Shown here piece after piece: positions 1 to 15,489 of a stretch of DNA of 64,000 bases. Made by a program: the position numbers and the translations under genes. Location: assembly GCF_009914755.1 (NCBI RefSeq), contig NC_060928.1, one strand, 5' to 3'. The stretch is from the human T2T-CHM13v2.0 reference genome, Homo sapiens. The notes under the pieces are model-generated. The model searched no databases. It was not told the origin of the DNA and worked only from the letters and a program-made list of their open reading frames with translations. The stretch's first letter is position 1; every line of letters starts with the position of its first letter.

Positions 1-159
1 TCAAGGGAAGATGTGAGTATAATTGGGATAAATCATCTTTTAGTTTGTCAGTAAACAAATACTTTGTGCCAGGTATCATCCTGGGAAATAGGACAGAGTG
101 GAAGACAAGACAAAGTTCCTATCTTCCATTAGATCTTACTTTAGATAGAAGAATAATTA

Positions 160-430
160 TACAGTAGTATACCTGTGGGGCAGGGGCAGGGGGTACCTCC
201 CAAGTCCCCCAGTAGATGCTTGAAACCAAATACAGTACTGAGCCTATATGCAGCATATTTTTTCCTATACGTACATACCTATGAAAAAGTTTAGTTTATA
301 ACTTGGGCGCAGAAAGGGATTAACAACAATAACTAATACGGGTACCTGAACATAAACACTGCCATACCATGACAGTTGATCTGATAATCGAGACAGCTAC
401 TAAGTGACCTGCCATTAGTCACTCAGTACA
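160..430. mobile_element. TcMar-Tigger MITE relic (MER44-like)
   Basis: Characteristic segments ...gatgcttgaaacc...tacatacctatga...gttgatctgataatcgagacagctactaagtgac. Confidence 0.6.
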
Positions 431-1079
431 TATTACATATTAGTATGTCTTCACATATTAACATATTTATTAACAGTGGCTGTCTGGGTGATGGCATTAC
501 TGACACCTTATTTACTCCTTAACATTCCTCTATATCTTCTAATTTTTCTATAACATCTGCATTTTTTAAAAGTGAGAAAACAGTAACAAATATTATTCTA
601 TAAAATAATATCAACAAAGGTCAGGATTGTTCTAGCCAATTTCAACTCTTGGCCCTGTTTCAAGAGTGACAAAAATAGGGGTATTCTCCTATCAAAGTAG
701 CCACCCTTCCTTGCCTCTATCATGCTCAGTACCATGTTCCCCTCTATCTGCCCTTTTTTCTTTCATATGTACAATAAACATGTATTAGGTACCAGGAAAT
801 CTCGAACTTCCTTGAACCATGAATATCATAGAGACCAACTTGCCCCATGCACATCAATTCAAAGCGGACAGACCACATACAAAATCATTAGCCACCTGTG
901 GTTGAGAAACAAATTGTGGTTAACTTGATTAACTGAGAGAACAGTACAGGGTAGCTAACAAGTCTGGAAACGTAGGTGAACACATAATAGTTTACTGATA
1001 TTGCATTATAATCCATGAGAAAATATCTTTGTTTCAAGACTTTATGGCCAATCTATAGAAAATCTAAAGTGAAAATCCA

Positions 1080-2340
<1,261 letters not shown>

Positions 2341-2701
2341 GGAAATAAGACTTAATAACTTCGGAAGCTGAACCTGGAGCTCCTGGCAGTATCCTTTCTA
2401 GCCCCCAGTCTGCCTCAAATTGGCTCTCTGAATGCATGTGCCAAATGCAGGGTTCACAGTCTGTGCTCAGGAACCCCTAAATGCTGATCAGCTTCCACAG
2501 ACAACCAAGGACCTAAAGATCTCTTTTGAACACTTCTGCAAACAGTCTAGTAACTCTTACACTGAAATACTGACTTTTAATAAACTTGTGTCTTTTGCCA
2601 GCAATAAAATTGTGGGATAAAATTATTCTCTCCTTGTGACTGGTAATGGAAACTTTAAATAGTGACCAGCTTTTCAGAGTACTGTAATATACAAATACTA
2701 T

Positions 2702-3075
2702 ACAAATACTATAGTGGACTTCATTAACTTCATTATTAGTATCTGAACAACATACATTGCCTCAGTTATCAGTTTATTTTGATATACTTCTAAAAATTTA
2801 TATGATGGTAGATGAAATCCTTACAGCATCAGACATGCGCACATTTGCTCTCTACTTGTCATCATCCGCTTTTTCCACATGAAAGCACCAAATCCACACT
2901 CCTGGGAGCAGAGCTTTGGTTCCCGCAAAACTCACTGAAGTGCTGCTTAGCATGACATCACCTCCATTAGCTAGTGCCCAGCAGGGTACAAATTATTCTG
3001 AGGATGGTGATCTCATCTTAGAAGGATAAAAAAATCACATCCTAAGGGAAATAGTCACTGCCTTAAATGAAAACA
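2702..3075 (+). repeat. local duplication copy 1 (about 370 bp)
   Basis: Near-identical to 4093-4464. Confidence 0.92.
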
Positions 3076-3084
3076 GAAATTTTG

Positions 3085-3397
<313 letters not shown>

Positions 3398-4092
3398 TTA
3401 TTTGACAAAATATAAATAGGAAAAATAATTGTGATTTAAAAGATTTATCCTGGCATAGCAATGGACTTAACATGAATTGTTTCTTACTGGGCTGATGTGT
3501 GTGTAATTCTGTTCAATTCAGGATGCTGCTGCTAAGAAAGGAAATTTCTGAACACATATGTTTATGGCAAAGTTCTCAGTAGACCAACTGATATTACTTA
3601 GAAACCTGGAACTCAGGTCTCAGAATCACTTGTCTAGTTCCTGGATCCCTTAACACTTGCCACCAACGCTGTAACAGTCAGGTCTTCAAACACAAAAAAA
3701 TATTGTCAGTATAAATTTACTTCACTCTAAAATAGATACTTAGACATTTCAAGCTGTGTTTTCCTACACAAGTAAAAAACTAGAATGTTCTCCCTATTTA
3801 CATGGTGGTTAGCCAACTACTCATTACAATACTGAAGTAAAGCAGACTACAACATCTATAGCATTAAGGCAGAGAAATAAAAATTAATTTCTAAAGTGAA
3901 ATTTCTATATTAAGCTATAAAGTATTAACAATTTGAAACAACCTGTTATTAAAGAGTGAATGTGTGAAAGTGTGCCTGTGGTGGGGAATTCAAAAGGAGA
4001 TGTTAAATTAGGATTGCCAGTCTCTAAAACTGAAAGAAAAAATACATTATTTTACAATAGGATTTAAAATATTTGATAAAGATTTCTCAGGG

Positions 4093-4464
4093 ACAAATAC
4101 TATAGTGGACTTCATTAACTTCATTATTAGTATCTGAACAACATATATTTTCTCAGTTATCAGTTTATTTTGATATACTTTAAAAATTTATATGATGGTA
4201 AAGGAAATCCTTACAGCATCAGACATGCGCACATTTGCTCTCTACTTGTCATCATCCGCTTTTTCCACATGAAAGCACCAAATCCACACTCCTGGGAGCA
4301 GAGCTTTGGTTCCCGCAAAACTCACTGAAGTGCTGCTTAGCATGACATCACCTCCATTAGCTAGTGCCCAGCGGGGTACAAATTATTCTGAGGATGGTGA
4401 TCTCATCTTAGAAAGATAAAAAATCATATCCTAAAGGAAACAGTCACTGCCTTAAATGAAAACA
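4093..4464 (+). repeat. local duplication copy 2 (about 370 bp)
   Basis: Near-identical to 2702-3075. Confidence 0.92.
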
Positions 4465-5276
4465 TTTATGTGCCAGTCTCTAAAACTGGCAATCCTAATT
4501 TAAATTTTAAATCTCTAAAATTCTTAATCAGCTCATTAGGCTGTTGCTGGTTCCTGTCCTACAGGGAAACTCTGAGGTAAGAAATAAAATCTGGTCTCTG
4601 CCCTAAGGGTTTTTAAATCTCAAAGTGAGACCTAAAAAACAACTGTTAGTTTCTGAATCATGTCCATGAATGTAAATGCTTTTAAGAAACATTTACTAGT
4701 AAAGATTTACCAAAACAGTAGCCAAAGGATGTGGCGTGAGAGCTGTGTGCAAAGCGCTGCGTGATGACTGTCCCTCTTAATGCTGGCTCATACAGGCTAG
4801 GTACTGAACTCAAAGTACAAGCGTATTTTCGTGAGTCCTCCCAATGACACTCTGAGGCATAAGGATCCCCACTGCAGAGTTCAGGTGACTGAGGCTAAGA
4901 GAAGTTAATGAACTTTAAAGTCGCACAGCCAAGATTCAAACTAGGATCTTCCCAACTCAAGAGGGCAGACTCCCACTATTCTGTAGACAGCTTAGTACTA
5001 TATAGGAATGATAACACTTAACTTCAGGGAAGGAAACAAAAATCCATAATCTCAGAAGCTTTAAATAAGACAAAGAAAATAAATAACATGATAGAAAGTT
5101 ACTGCAGAGATAACAAAATAACATAATGCACTGAATTCTAATGAATGAAAAAATGGCAAAAATGACTATGGCATTTCTGATGCGACTAGGTAGTTTACTT
5201 TTGTGTTTTCTTTCCTTTTTTAAAAAAATTTAACAAACTTCGCATGTGGCATTCAATTTACTTCTAAAGTGAAATA

Positions 5277-5580
5277 GGCCAGACACAGTGGCTCGCGCCT
5301 GTAATCCCAGCACTTTGGGAGGCCAAGGTGGGAGGAATGGTTGAGATCATGTGTTCAAGACCAGTCTGGGCAACACAGAGAGACCCCATCTCTATAACAA
5401 AGTAAAAACAAGTAGCCTGGCATGGTGGCACACACCTGTAGTCCCAGCTACTCAGGAGGCTGAGGCAAGAGGATTACTTGAGCATAGGAATTGGAGGCTG
5501 CAGTGAGCTATGATCGCACCACTGCACTTGAGCTTGGGTGACACAGCAAGGCTGTTTCTAAAAATAATAATAATAAAAGT
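5277..5580 (+). mobile_element. Alu (J-like)
   Basis: Diverged Alu consensus with A-rich tail. Confidence 0.9.
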
Positions 5581-8148
5581 AAAATAACTGGTTTCATGTT
5601 CAGCGTTAGGTATATGTCATTAAAACATATTCCCTGTATCTCTGTGTTCCTCCAAAGGAAAAGTGAAGCCTGTCCAGCAGGACTTCTGGGGAGATTACAC
5701 TTCTGTCAAACAACTTGAAAAATATCAGGATTATATTTATTACCTGTCAGAGAGGACAAAGTCTCAAAAGCAGTCACGTTTCCAGATTTAGCAAATGAAA
5801 CAGAAAGAACATCTGTTTCACAATAGTTTGGACAAGAAAAGACTTCAGTTGTGATGTACCAGAGGTTTTATCAAAATCTTTTCCCATCTGGTCTCTGAAT
5901 TCATTTGAGTACGTATAAGAATTATCAAACTGGCGATTGTAACTGGGCCTGGTGAAGTCAATCTTTTAATATTTGTTATGTAATTAAGGTAAAAATATGA
6001 GAACAGGAATGTAAAATCAAATACAGAATACATTGAAATAAGTTCCATTGTACTATACAAACAAACCATCCTTTCCTTTCCTCTGGCAAGGGCCACGTGA
6101 CCAGGAAGACAGTACAGAGCACTCTCCACTATTCAAAGCCTCTGAGTTTATGACACAAGTTAGAAAGAAGGGCACTTAGTATGTGCAAACGATCTGTCTT
6201 CCCTGTGCCAGGTGAAGTCCTAAGATGGTGTTTTTGGAAGGACAAAAGGAGAAAATGGGAAAGCCTTCACAGATCTAAATGATTTGTATGATATAAGTGT
6301 AAAATGGAGGATCTCGGATGCCTTTTTATAAAAATTACAGATGACTTTAAAGCCTCAGCACTCCCACCAAGGATGACTACTTTGCAGAATCAGATTCAAG
6401 TTTAAAACCGCTTGAAGAAATCCTGCTGTCAGGAAGACTGAAACTGCCAAAACTCAGATTCAGTAGCATTTATTCATTTGATATTTGCACCATAACAATT
6501 TACTGAACACCAACTGTGTGCAGAGTACTATACTAGACCCTGAGTGTATCAAGCAGTGGAAGAGACAAACCCTATCTCTATTCAGGGCTTATACCGATGC
6601 TCACTGGTATTCAAAAGTGGCTCAACAAGGCAGATGCCAGACCGTGTCCAATACATATCAGGTAGCTTGATTTCATTATTGTAATGCAAAGAAGCTCTAC
6701 AGGCAACATGTGAAGGTAAGAACAAAACATGCAGAGAAAGAATATTATATAAATCTAAGAATTCTCCCATCTTTGTTTAGGCCCAAACACCAGTGCTTCT
6801 TATCTTTGGGGCAGAGCTTAAAGATCTAATAGTAGGCACCAGAAGCAATGTAATATATCATTCATCAAAATAAAGACTGCTTTGTAGGGGGATGAAGCAG
6901 TAGGAGATTGTGTTAAACGAGGTTTGAAAACAAAACAGTAAAGAAGCATTATAATTGCCTATATCAGATGCCAGTCTCTTCAAATGGCAAGAGGCAAGGC
7001 CTTTATTCAGGATAGCAAAAGCAAATCTGATTTAACTAGGTACAATGTCTAATGTCTCTTACTTTGAACAGGTTTTATTGCCATACTCCAATAAACTGTT
7101 CATCCATTCACTAAAATAATTTTCACTTTCAAAAACCTTCTTTTGCAAAAAGGCAAAGCAAAACCAAAGTCCAAGCATCGGGCTGTGATAGAGATGATTT
7201 AAGCTTTATATTTCATTTTTAGAGATTATGTAACCACAGCACGCACATTCACAGTGGCTGAGCCCATTTTGATACAGTCTGGTCTAACCACCTTGCCTGG
7301 CCCTCTTTCAGCTATCTTGCAGGTTTACATCGTTTCAGTGACTCCGTATGTCACCTCTACCATTTCTTTTCTAATTATTATTTGCTGAATAATCCTAAAC
7401 CAGGTCTACTTTTTCTAGATAGGGCATAAAAGTAAAAATACAATGGATGGGCATTCACTGTGTTATGCCAGGCCCCGCATTTGGGGCAAGACACTAAGGA
7501 TACCAAGATAAACCAAGTCCGTCCCTCCTGGAGTTTGCTTGCAAATCTAGCAGGGAAGATAGTAAACAAGCAACTGCAAAGGATATGACACATCTCTCTT
7601 AGGGAATGCTGGCTGCAGAAAGAACACAGCATAGGAAGATTTAACCTTAAACTGTTTAATGAAAACAGAAATTTAAGTAGCAGCTCTTCTAATCAAATGT
7701 GATGGCGGGAGAAAGGGAGTGCAGAGGTGTTGCAGGCAGACACTAGGTATGAAGGTCAGCATTGCCGTGCAGAAATCGAACCGGTGCTAAAGATAAGGAG
7801 GGGTGGGGGCACTCAGGACCCAACACACGCAGGGGTTTGTTAGCCATATTAAGTGCTGGGTTTAACCTAAGGGCAAAGGACGAGCTTTCTAGACTTTCAT
7901 TTCATAAAGATCCCTCTGCCTGTGCTGTAAAAAGTGGACTGCAAAGGAGCAGGCGGGTCTGGAAGTGGAGAGACCAGGGAAGAGGCTGCTGTGGTCAGAC
8001 GGCTGAAATCAGAGATAGAGAGACGCGGACAGATCTGGCAGACATTTACAAGGTCGACAAGGCTTGGCGACTAAGCAGGAAAAGAAGTGGGTGGGCGAGA
8101 GGGGGCTGCGAACGATGTTTTCCGGTTTCCTGCTTGGGTGCCACTTAC

Positions 8149-8315
8149 TGAGAATGGGGGAAGAGGCAGGTGCAGGGCACACCCACCGAAAACCAGAGCG
8201 CCGAGTGTGAGCAGGGCTCGCTAACTCCTCACGGCCTGGGATTTCAAGGCGACGCCAACCAGCTGTGGCCACGGATACACAGCCACAGGTATGAGCTGCG
8301 AGCACTCACGAAACT
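8149..8315 (-). other. CASP3: CASP3 5'UTR exon 2 (non-coding)
   Basis: Reverse complement AGTTTCGTGAGTGCTCGCAGC...CCCCCATTCTCA matches the remembered CASP3 mRNA leader; flanked by a tgcag acceptor and a GTAAGT donor. Confidence 0.88.
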
Positions 8316-8784
8316 CTGCAGGGCCGAAAAGGAATTGGAGTTTAAACCCTGCAACTATCTCTCTGGAAGAGCTAAACCACATTGTCAACCCGGGATAATC
8401 CAGGCCCCAGGCATGGAAGGCAGCAGAGACGGAAGCCTCGTCCAAAATTGGAAGGATCAGCCCCCAGGGCGAGTATCTCACAGTCAGCACCCGGCCGCCC
8501 CAGCCCTCGCAGCACCGCTTCCCGGGGCCACTCCTCCGCCGGCGGTAGCGCCGTCCGTTTCCCAGCTTGCCGCTGCCTTCCGCCGCCTGACCCGGCCTTC
8601 CGGCACTCGGCCGGCCGCCAGGTCTCCCGCCCTCGGAGCTCGGTGCCCCGTGCCCGACCTCCCGGCCCCGGGCTCGGTTCCCCTGGCCAGGCCTCCCGCT
8701 GCCTGGCCTCCCCGGCCCGGCCTCGCGCTGCCCGGCCTCCCCGGTCCCAGCCCAGCCTCCCGCCCCCGGGCCAGGTCTCCCCTC

Positions 8785-8849
8785 CGATGACCTGAGGCCT
8801 TTCCTTAGGTTACCCCCAGGTCCCTCTCCCTAAATCAAAAGCCTTAACC
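8785..8849 (+). repeat. 65-bp direct repeat copy A
   Basis: 61/65 identical to 9612-9676. Confidence 0.9.
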
Positions 8850-9078
8850 CGCTGCCTGGCTTCCCCGGCCCCGGCCCAGGCTCCCGCCTCCGGGCCAAGT
8901 CTCTCGCTCCGCGGGCTTCACTGCTCGCCCCCGCCCGGGCGAGGTGGCAAAACAAACACTCCGCCTTCCAGACCGGGCAGGTCCCCGGGCGGGCGCAGGG
9001 CCTGGGAGGACGCAGGGAGCGGGGGCAGGGCTGACGGCCCGGAGCGAGGGCGGCAGTCACCGCACAGCCTCCTCATAC

Positions 9079-9159
9079 CTTCTACAACCGCCTCACAATA
9101 GCACCCATCCGCTAGGAGCCGCGTCTGCACTGCTTCCGCGGCCCGCCGCCGGGAGATGT
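9079..9159 (-). other. CASP3: CASP3 exon 1 (non-coding, TSS approximate)
   Basis: Reverse complement ACATCTCCCGGCGGCGGGCCGCGGAAGCAGTGCAGAC...GGTTGTAGAAG followed by a GTATGAG donor; matches the remembered CASP3 5' end. Confidence 0.88.
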
Positions 9160-9419
9160 GCTCCAGCGCCAGCCCCGCCTCCCGCCCGCCCCTGTCGGCC
9201 CCTCGCGCCGCCTCCGCTGCGGCCCGTCCCCTAGCTCCCGCCCGCCCGAGAACCCAGCCCCAGGCTGGGCCCCAGGAGGCGCCCGCCCACCGCAGCGCGC
9301 CCCGCCCCCGCGCCCCGCGTCCTCACGCCCTGGTCCCGCCCTCGCGTCCCGCGCCAGTCCTCCCGCTTTGGTCCCGCCCTGAGGCTCGGCCCGGCTCCCC
9401 CGCCCCGGATTTGAAATCT

Positions 9420-9592
9420 AGGTCTTCCTGAGAGTCCGCGGGCTTCCGCTCCCAGCGCGGGATTCTGGAGGGAAATTGAGGGAGACTTGGAAACCGCGCC
9501 AGGCCCAACGGGTACCTAGAAGGGAGACAAAGCCAGGCCTGCTGCCCAGTTTGAGCTCTGGGAAGAAGAGGAGCAGGCCGGGACGCCCACCG
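9420..9592 (+). other. PRIMPOL: PRIMPOL 5'UTR exon 1 (start approximate)
   Basis: Lies at the CpG island edge and ends at CACCG|GTAATT donor; inferred from position. Confidence 0.65.
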
Positions 9593-9611
9593 GTAATTTC
9601 TGTCTCCTCTG

Positions 9612-9676
9612 CGATGACCTGAGGCCTTTCTTTGGGTTACCCTCAGGTCTCTCTCCCTAAATCAAAAGCCTTAACC
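9612..9676 (+). repeat. 65-bp direct repeat copy B
   Basis: 61/65 identical to 8785-8849. Confidence 0.9.
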
Positions 9677-9719
9677 TCCTGTCATCAGGGTGCCAGGCTA
9701 GAAATAACCAGGTCCACGC

Positions 9720-10296
9720 ATGCTGTGTTTTCCACCATGTCAGGCTGCTGTGGACGCTCTTTCGATCACAAAAGCCACGAGCTGCGTGGAGTTCCCAAGG
9801 AGGCAGTTCTCAGCACTTGCTGGTCACTGGGTAGTCAGAGCCTGACACACAGGCTCAAGCCGCTCACGCATCATAGTAGTGTACTTAATCCACATATAAA
9901 TGTTACAAGTTAAGCATCCCACAACAAAGTAGCATTTAACATCATGAGGAAAAAGAGATGGGGCAAAGAGATTAACGAACCAATCCAGAGGGAGTGAAGA
10001 AGAGGAAAAGAAGCCTGGTTTGGGCCGAGAGGTCCTTCTGCAAAGACGGCGTCAATTAAGCCGGCTGTTGGGAGCTGCCGAAGGCCCCATCTTTTATAGT
10101 CACAGAGTCCTGTGGTGAGAACTGGTAATGGAAGAGAGTGCTTGTTTGTGTCCTTACCTGGCTGGATGCGGACTATTTTTTTTATTTGTTTATTAAAGTA
10201 TAGTATGCTTGTTGGCAAATGCCTTATGAAATGTAAAAATGGGGTCTTCTCCTAAGATGGAGTTATTAATGGTTACGTCAATGGTGTGCTATATAC
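9720..10296 (-). mobile_element. possible ERV LTR relic
   Basis: cttttatag (TATA on minus strand) and cctaagatggagtt motif typical of ERV1-class LTR ends; family and boundaries uncertain. Confidence 0.4.
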
Positions 10297-10692
10297 ACTG
10301 CCCTACCGATCCCCTTCCTATTTTGGGTCGTGAACTCATTTCAGACCCTGAAGCAAACTGTGAATCATTTTCGCAGAAGAATTCACCAACACATGTGAGC
10401 ACGACATTCTGCATCAGATTTCAAAAAGTTCTTGACATTCAGAAGTCAGATTCAGGGACCCCATGGCAGAGCCTGTTTCTAACACTTGCGCCTATTCGAC
10501 TATAGGGACTATATTCTGCACAGAAATATACTTAGTTTTATATATGGTTACCCCTTGCTGAGTTTATTGCATGCTTTTACATTTTCATAATACATTTGTT
10601 TGTTTCAGCCTTTCAACAATCCCTCGGGATAGGAATTCCAATTTAAAGAGGATAAGGTTTAAAGAGGTTAAGGCCGAGTTTAAAGAGGTTAA

Positions 10693-11061
<369 letters not shown>

Positions 11062-11339
11062 TTAGGCCTTTCTTTATCCCTCCTGAATTGAGTGAACACC
11101 AATGTTTGACAGTCCTTTTTCTGCCTCAATAAAACTGAGAAATAGGACCCACTCCCAACCTTAACAGTGGCTCTGCAGAGCAGTAATTTGCAAAGAGGGG
11201 ACTAGTGTGGTTGAACTAGTCCTTATCCTATTGTGATGCCCAAACCCCTTCCTGTGCTAAACTTTCTTGCCAAATTAGCAAGCATTAGCAGCAGTTTTCT
11301 GGTTTCCTGTAAATCATACTAATTTACTTAGTCTGTGAA

Positions 11340-11632
<293 letters not shown>

Positions 11633-11707
11633 AAACATTTTAATTATAGCCAAACAGTAGGCTGGAGGCAGTGTCTTCTGGCTGAAGCCAGTAATTTCTC
11701 TTTACAG

Positions 11708-11785
11708 AGGTATCCCAGAGGTGACAGAACTTGATCTGGGCCTGGAAGGGGAAGAATTCGGGAAAAGCAACGTGGGGCATTCCAG
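11708..11785 (+). other. PRIMPOL: probable PRIMPOL 5'UTR exon 2
   Basis: tttctctttacag acceptor and CCAG|GTAAGA donor enclose 78 nt. Confidence 0.6.
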
Positions 11786-12525
11786 GTAAGAGAAATGTGT
11801 GCTGGGTGCGGGGGGAGGTTTCTGGAGTGGCTCAGGAGAAAGGAGAGGTCATTATCAATTCATTTGGTGAGATGGTGGAAGAGTAAGAAATGAAATAGGT
11901 AAATGATTTAGGGCCAGATTCTGGAGGGGAGTTTAGACTTCGTGACGTTAGTTTACCTGTGTGAGTTGAATGTTGCTATGAATCATTATCCCTGTGAAAA
12001 GTGATGAAAATGGTTTTAAGGGTGATTGGGCTGGCAGAGTTATGCTATTTGGATGGGAGATCCTGTGGGGAGGATAGAAAGGAGGAACTGGAAAAAAAAA
12101 AGCACAATATATCGCTGTGTGTTTTCTTACTCCTTAAAGAGGATTTGGGGAAATTTAAATATGAGTTACTTCTGCTCAAGCATAGAAAGGCAAAGTGACT
12201 GAAGTGGGAGAAAAAAAGAAAATCCAGTCACTTATACTTAATTTCTTAAGGTGTTATTCATCCAGAAAGTGAACTTATATAATAATATTTTTGTAAATGC
12301 TTTTTGATCACATACTTTATAATAAATACTTTAGCAGTGGGAGAAATAGTACGAATGCATTCCAAGAGGCTAGAAAAGGGATTATATTAAGAAAATATTG
12401 TCAAATACCAGTATATTACCAAATCATAGAACTAGAGTATTGGCAGAAAATGCAAAATACTGATGAGTCTAATCTCAGGGTAGAGGGAGAATTTGGAGTT
12501 GGGGAATAGGAATTGACTAGTGATG

Positions 12526-12715
12526 AGAAAAAAAGAAAAAAGAAAAGGAGGGAGGAAGGAAGGAAAGAAGGGAAAGAAGAGGGAGGGAGGAAGGAAGGAA
12601 GGGAGGAAGGAAGGAAGGAAAGAAGGGAAAGAAGGGAAGGAAGGAGGGAAAGAAGGGAAGGAAGGAGGGAAAGAAGAAGGAAGGAAGGAAGGTAGGTAGG
12701 TGAGAAAGAAAGAAA
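12526..12715 (+). repeat. polypurine (GGAA/GGGA/AAG)n low-complexity tract
   Basis: Direct reading. Confidence 0.92.
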
Positions 12716-13089
12716 CTGAGAGAACTAGGCTAGGAAGAACCATGGCCAGGCTGGCTTCAGGTCCCCCCAGAAACTGGTAAATAGGAAGCATGTGCCCCCT
12801 CCTTCAGCTGCTCCTGGAATCCAGGCCATCAAGTGTCACAGCTGGGCAAGGCTGGGCATAAACGCAGGGAAGCTGGGGCTACTTAGGTCTGCGTCATCTC
12901 TCCCCTTCCATCCCTGCTGCCTCTTCTCCCACTATAGTTACTCGAAAAGAACTAACATAGCCTTTTTTCTAGCTTGACCCCCTTTGGTTGAAAGATCAGT
13001 ATCAACCATGCTTAAATAATCAAACATGGTTAAACAAACATTCTGTGCAATGTTAAGAATTAAATAATAGAAACTCTTTGAGCCCAATC

Positions 13090-13222
13090 TTTTATTTTGT
13101 TTTTTAGTAGAGATGGGGTTTCACCATGTTGGCCAGGCTGGTCTCGAACTCCTGACCTTGTGGTCCGCCCGCCTGGGCCTCCCAAAGTGCTGGGATTACA
13201 GGTGCAAGCCACTGCACCGGGC
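13090..13222 (-). mobile_element. partial Alu (left arm)
   Basis: antisense left-arm consensus only. Confidence 0.85.
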
Positions 13223-14022
13223 GGAGTCCAATCTTTTAAAATACAATAAAAGTTTTCCTTCGGAACTTGGAAACTTACCAAAAATAGTTACAGTCCCTGA
13301 GTGGAAAGGAGCTTTGATACACAATTATGTAAAAGAAAGACAACACTCTTTCACCACCGGGAATGAAAAGCATTTCTAATATGGTGACATATTCCCCCAG
13401 AGGGGAGGGATGAGGAATGTGATAGTCCCAAACCAGAATGCCAGATGCCTTACTGTTCTCCATTTCCTTTGCTTTTTGTAATTCAACCCTCCTGCTGGAC
13501 TACACCAAGCCCCAGTTGTCTTCTGATGCTCAACCCAGCTGTTAAATTTTTCAAGCTGTGCGGATATGAAGGGGGCATGACATATACTGAACTTCTCTTT
13601 CTTCTTCTGTTGATGCTCATGGTTTCCCCAGTTCAGTGAGTCTTAAGCTGTTTTTTCATTGTGACTCCATGATGTTCCTGTATGACATACTCCCGTGGTC
13701 CTACCAAGACTTTTACAAAATCAAACAATTTTTCATGATAAAATTTCAGTGTCACGAAGTACGAATATCCACATAGTCATTTGTAGTCAGTTATTGGTAG
13801 ATACTAGCTAGATTCAGATGTGATTGCATTCTGTATTTATTTTCTTCACTAATAATCAATGGACTTTGTTAAAAGTTAATAAACTTCATGATAGAAAGTC
13901 AGTTTCTCAATTAGGTTTATCTAAGTATAGCAGATTTTTAGCTGCACGTGAAGCAGATCAAAGTAACTGAATACTCAGAATCTAGCAATAAGGAGCCATA
14001 TCACTTTGTATTGACAAGTTAA

Positions 14023-15206
<1,184 letters not shown>

Positions 15207-15489
15207 CCCTTTCTTAATCTTTTAGGGAGATTCTGGTTTTCCTTCCAGGAAATACTCATTTGCCAATGAGTTTGTGTTGCTGCAAAGTTTTCTGCTAAAA
15301 TTCAAGACAATGTTTATCAACTCAATAAGCACAAATGTGTTACCAAAGAAATAGGACTTCACTGTTAAATGATTTAGTACATATTATTTCACTTCAAAAA
15401 AGCCCCAATATATCTGTTTTCCACATAGGTAAATTATGGCAGAGATGATATTAATGAAGAGAGGAACTCTATTAATTACCTATTTCTAT

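Larger units (their letters stand above)
8400..9600. promoter_or_regulatory. CpG island / bidirectional promoter shared by CASP3 (-) and PRIMPOL (+)
   Basis: Very GC- and CpG-rich; multiple GC boxes (CCCCGCCC); two divergent first exons about 250 bp apart; no TATA box seen. Confidence 0.92.

Noticed and set aside
7762-9508. Several overlapping 60-206 aa Pro/Arg/Ala-rich ORFs
   Set aside because: Expected from the GC-rich CpG island; no recognisable protein, and they overlap non-coding first exons.
12432-12791. 119-aa and 60-aa ORFs over the GGAA tract
   Set aside because: Microsatellite translation.
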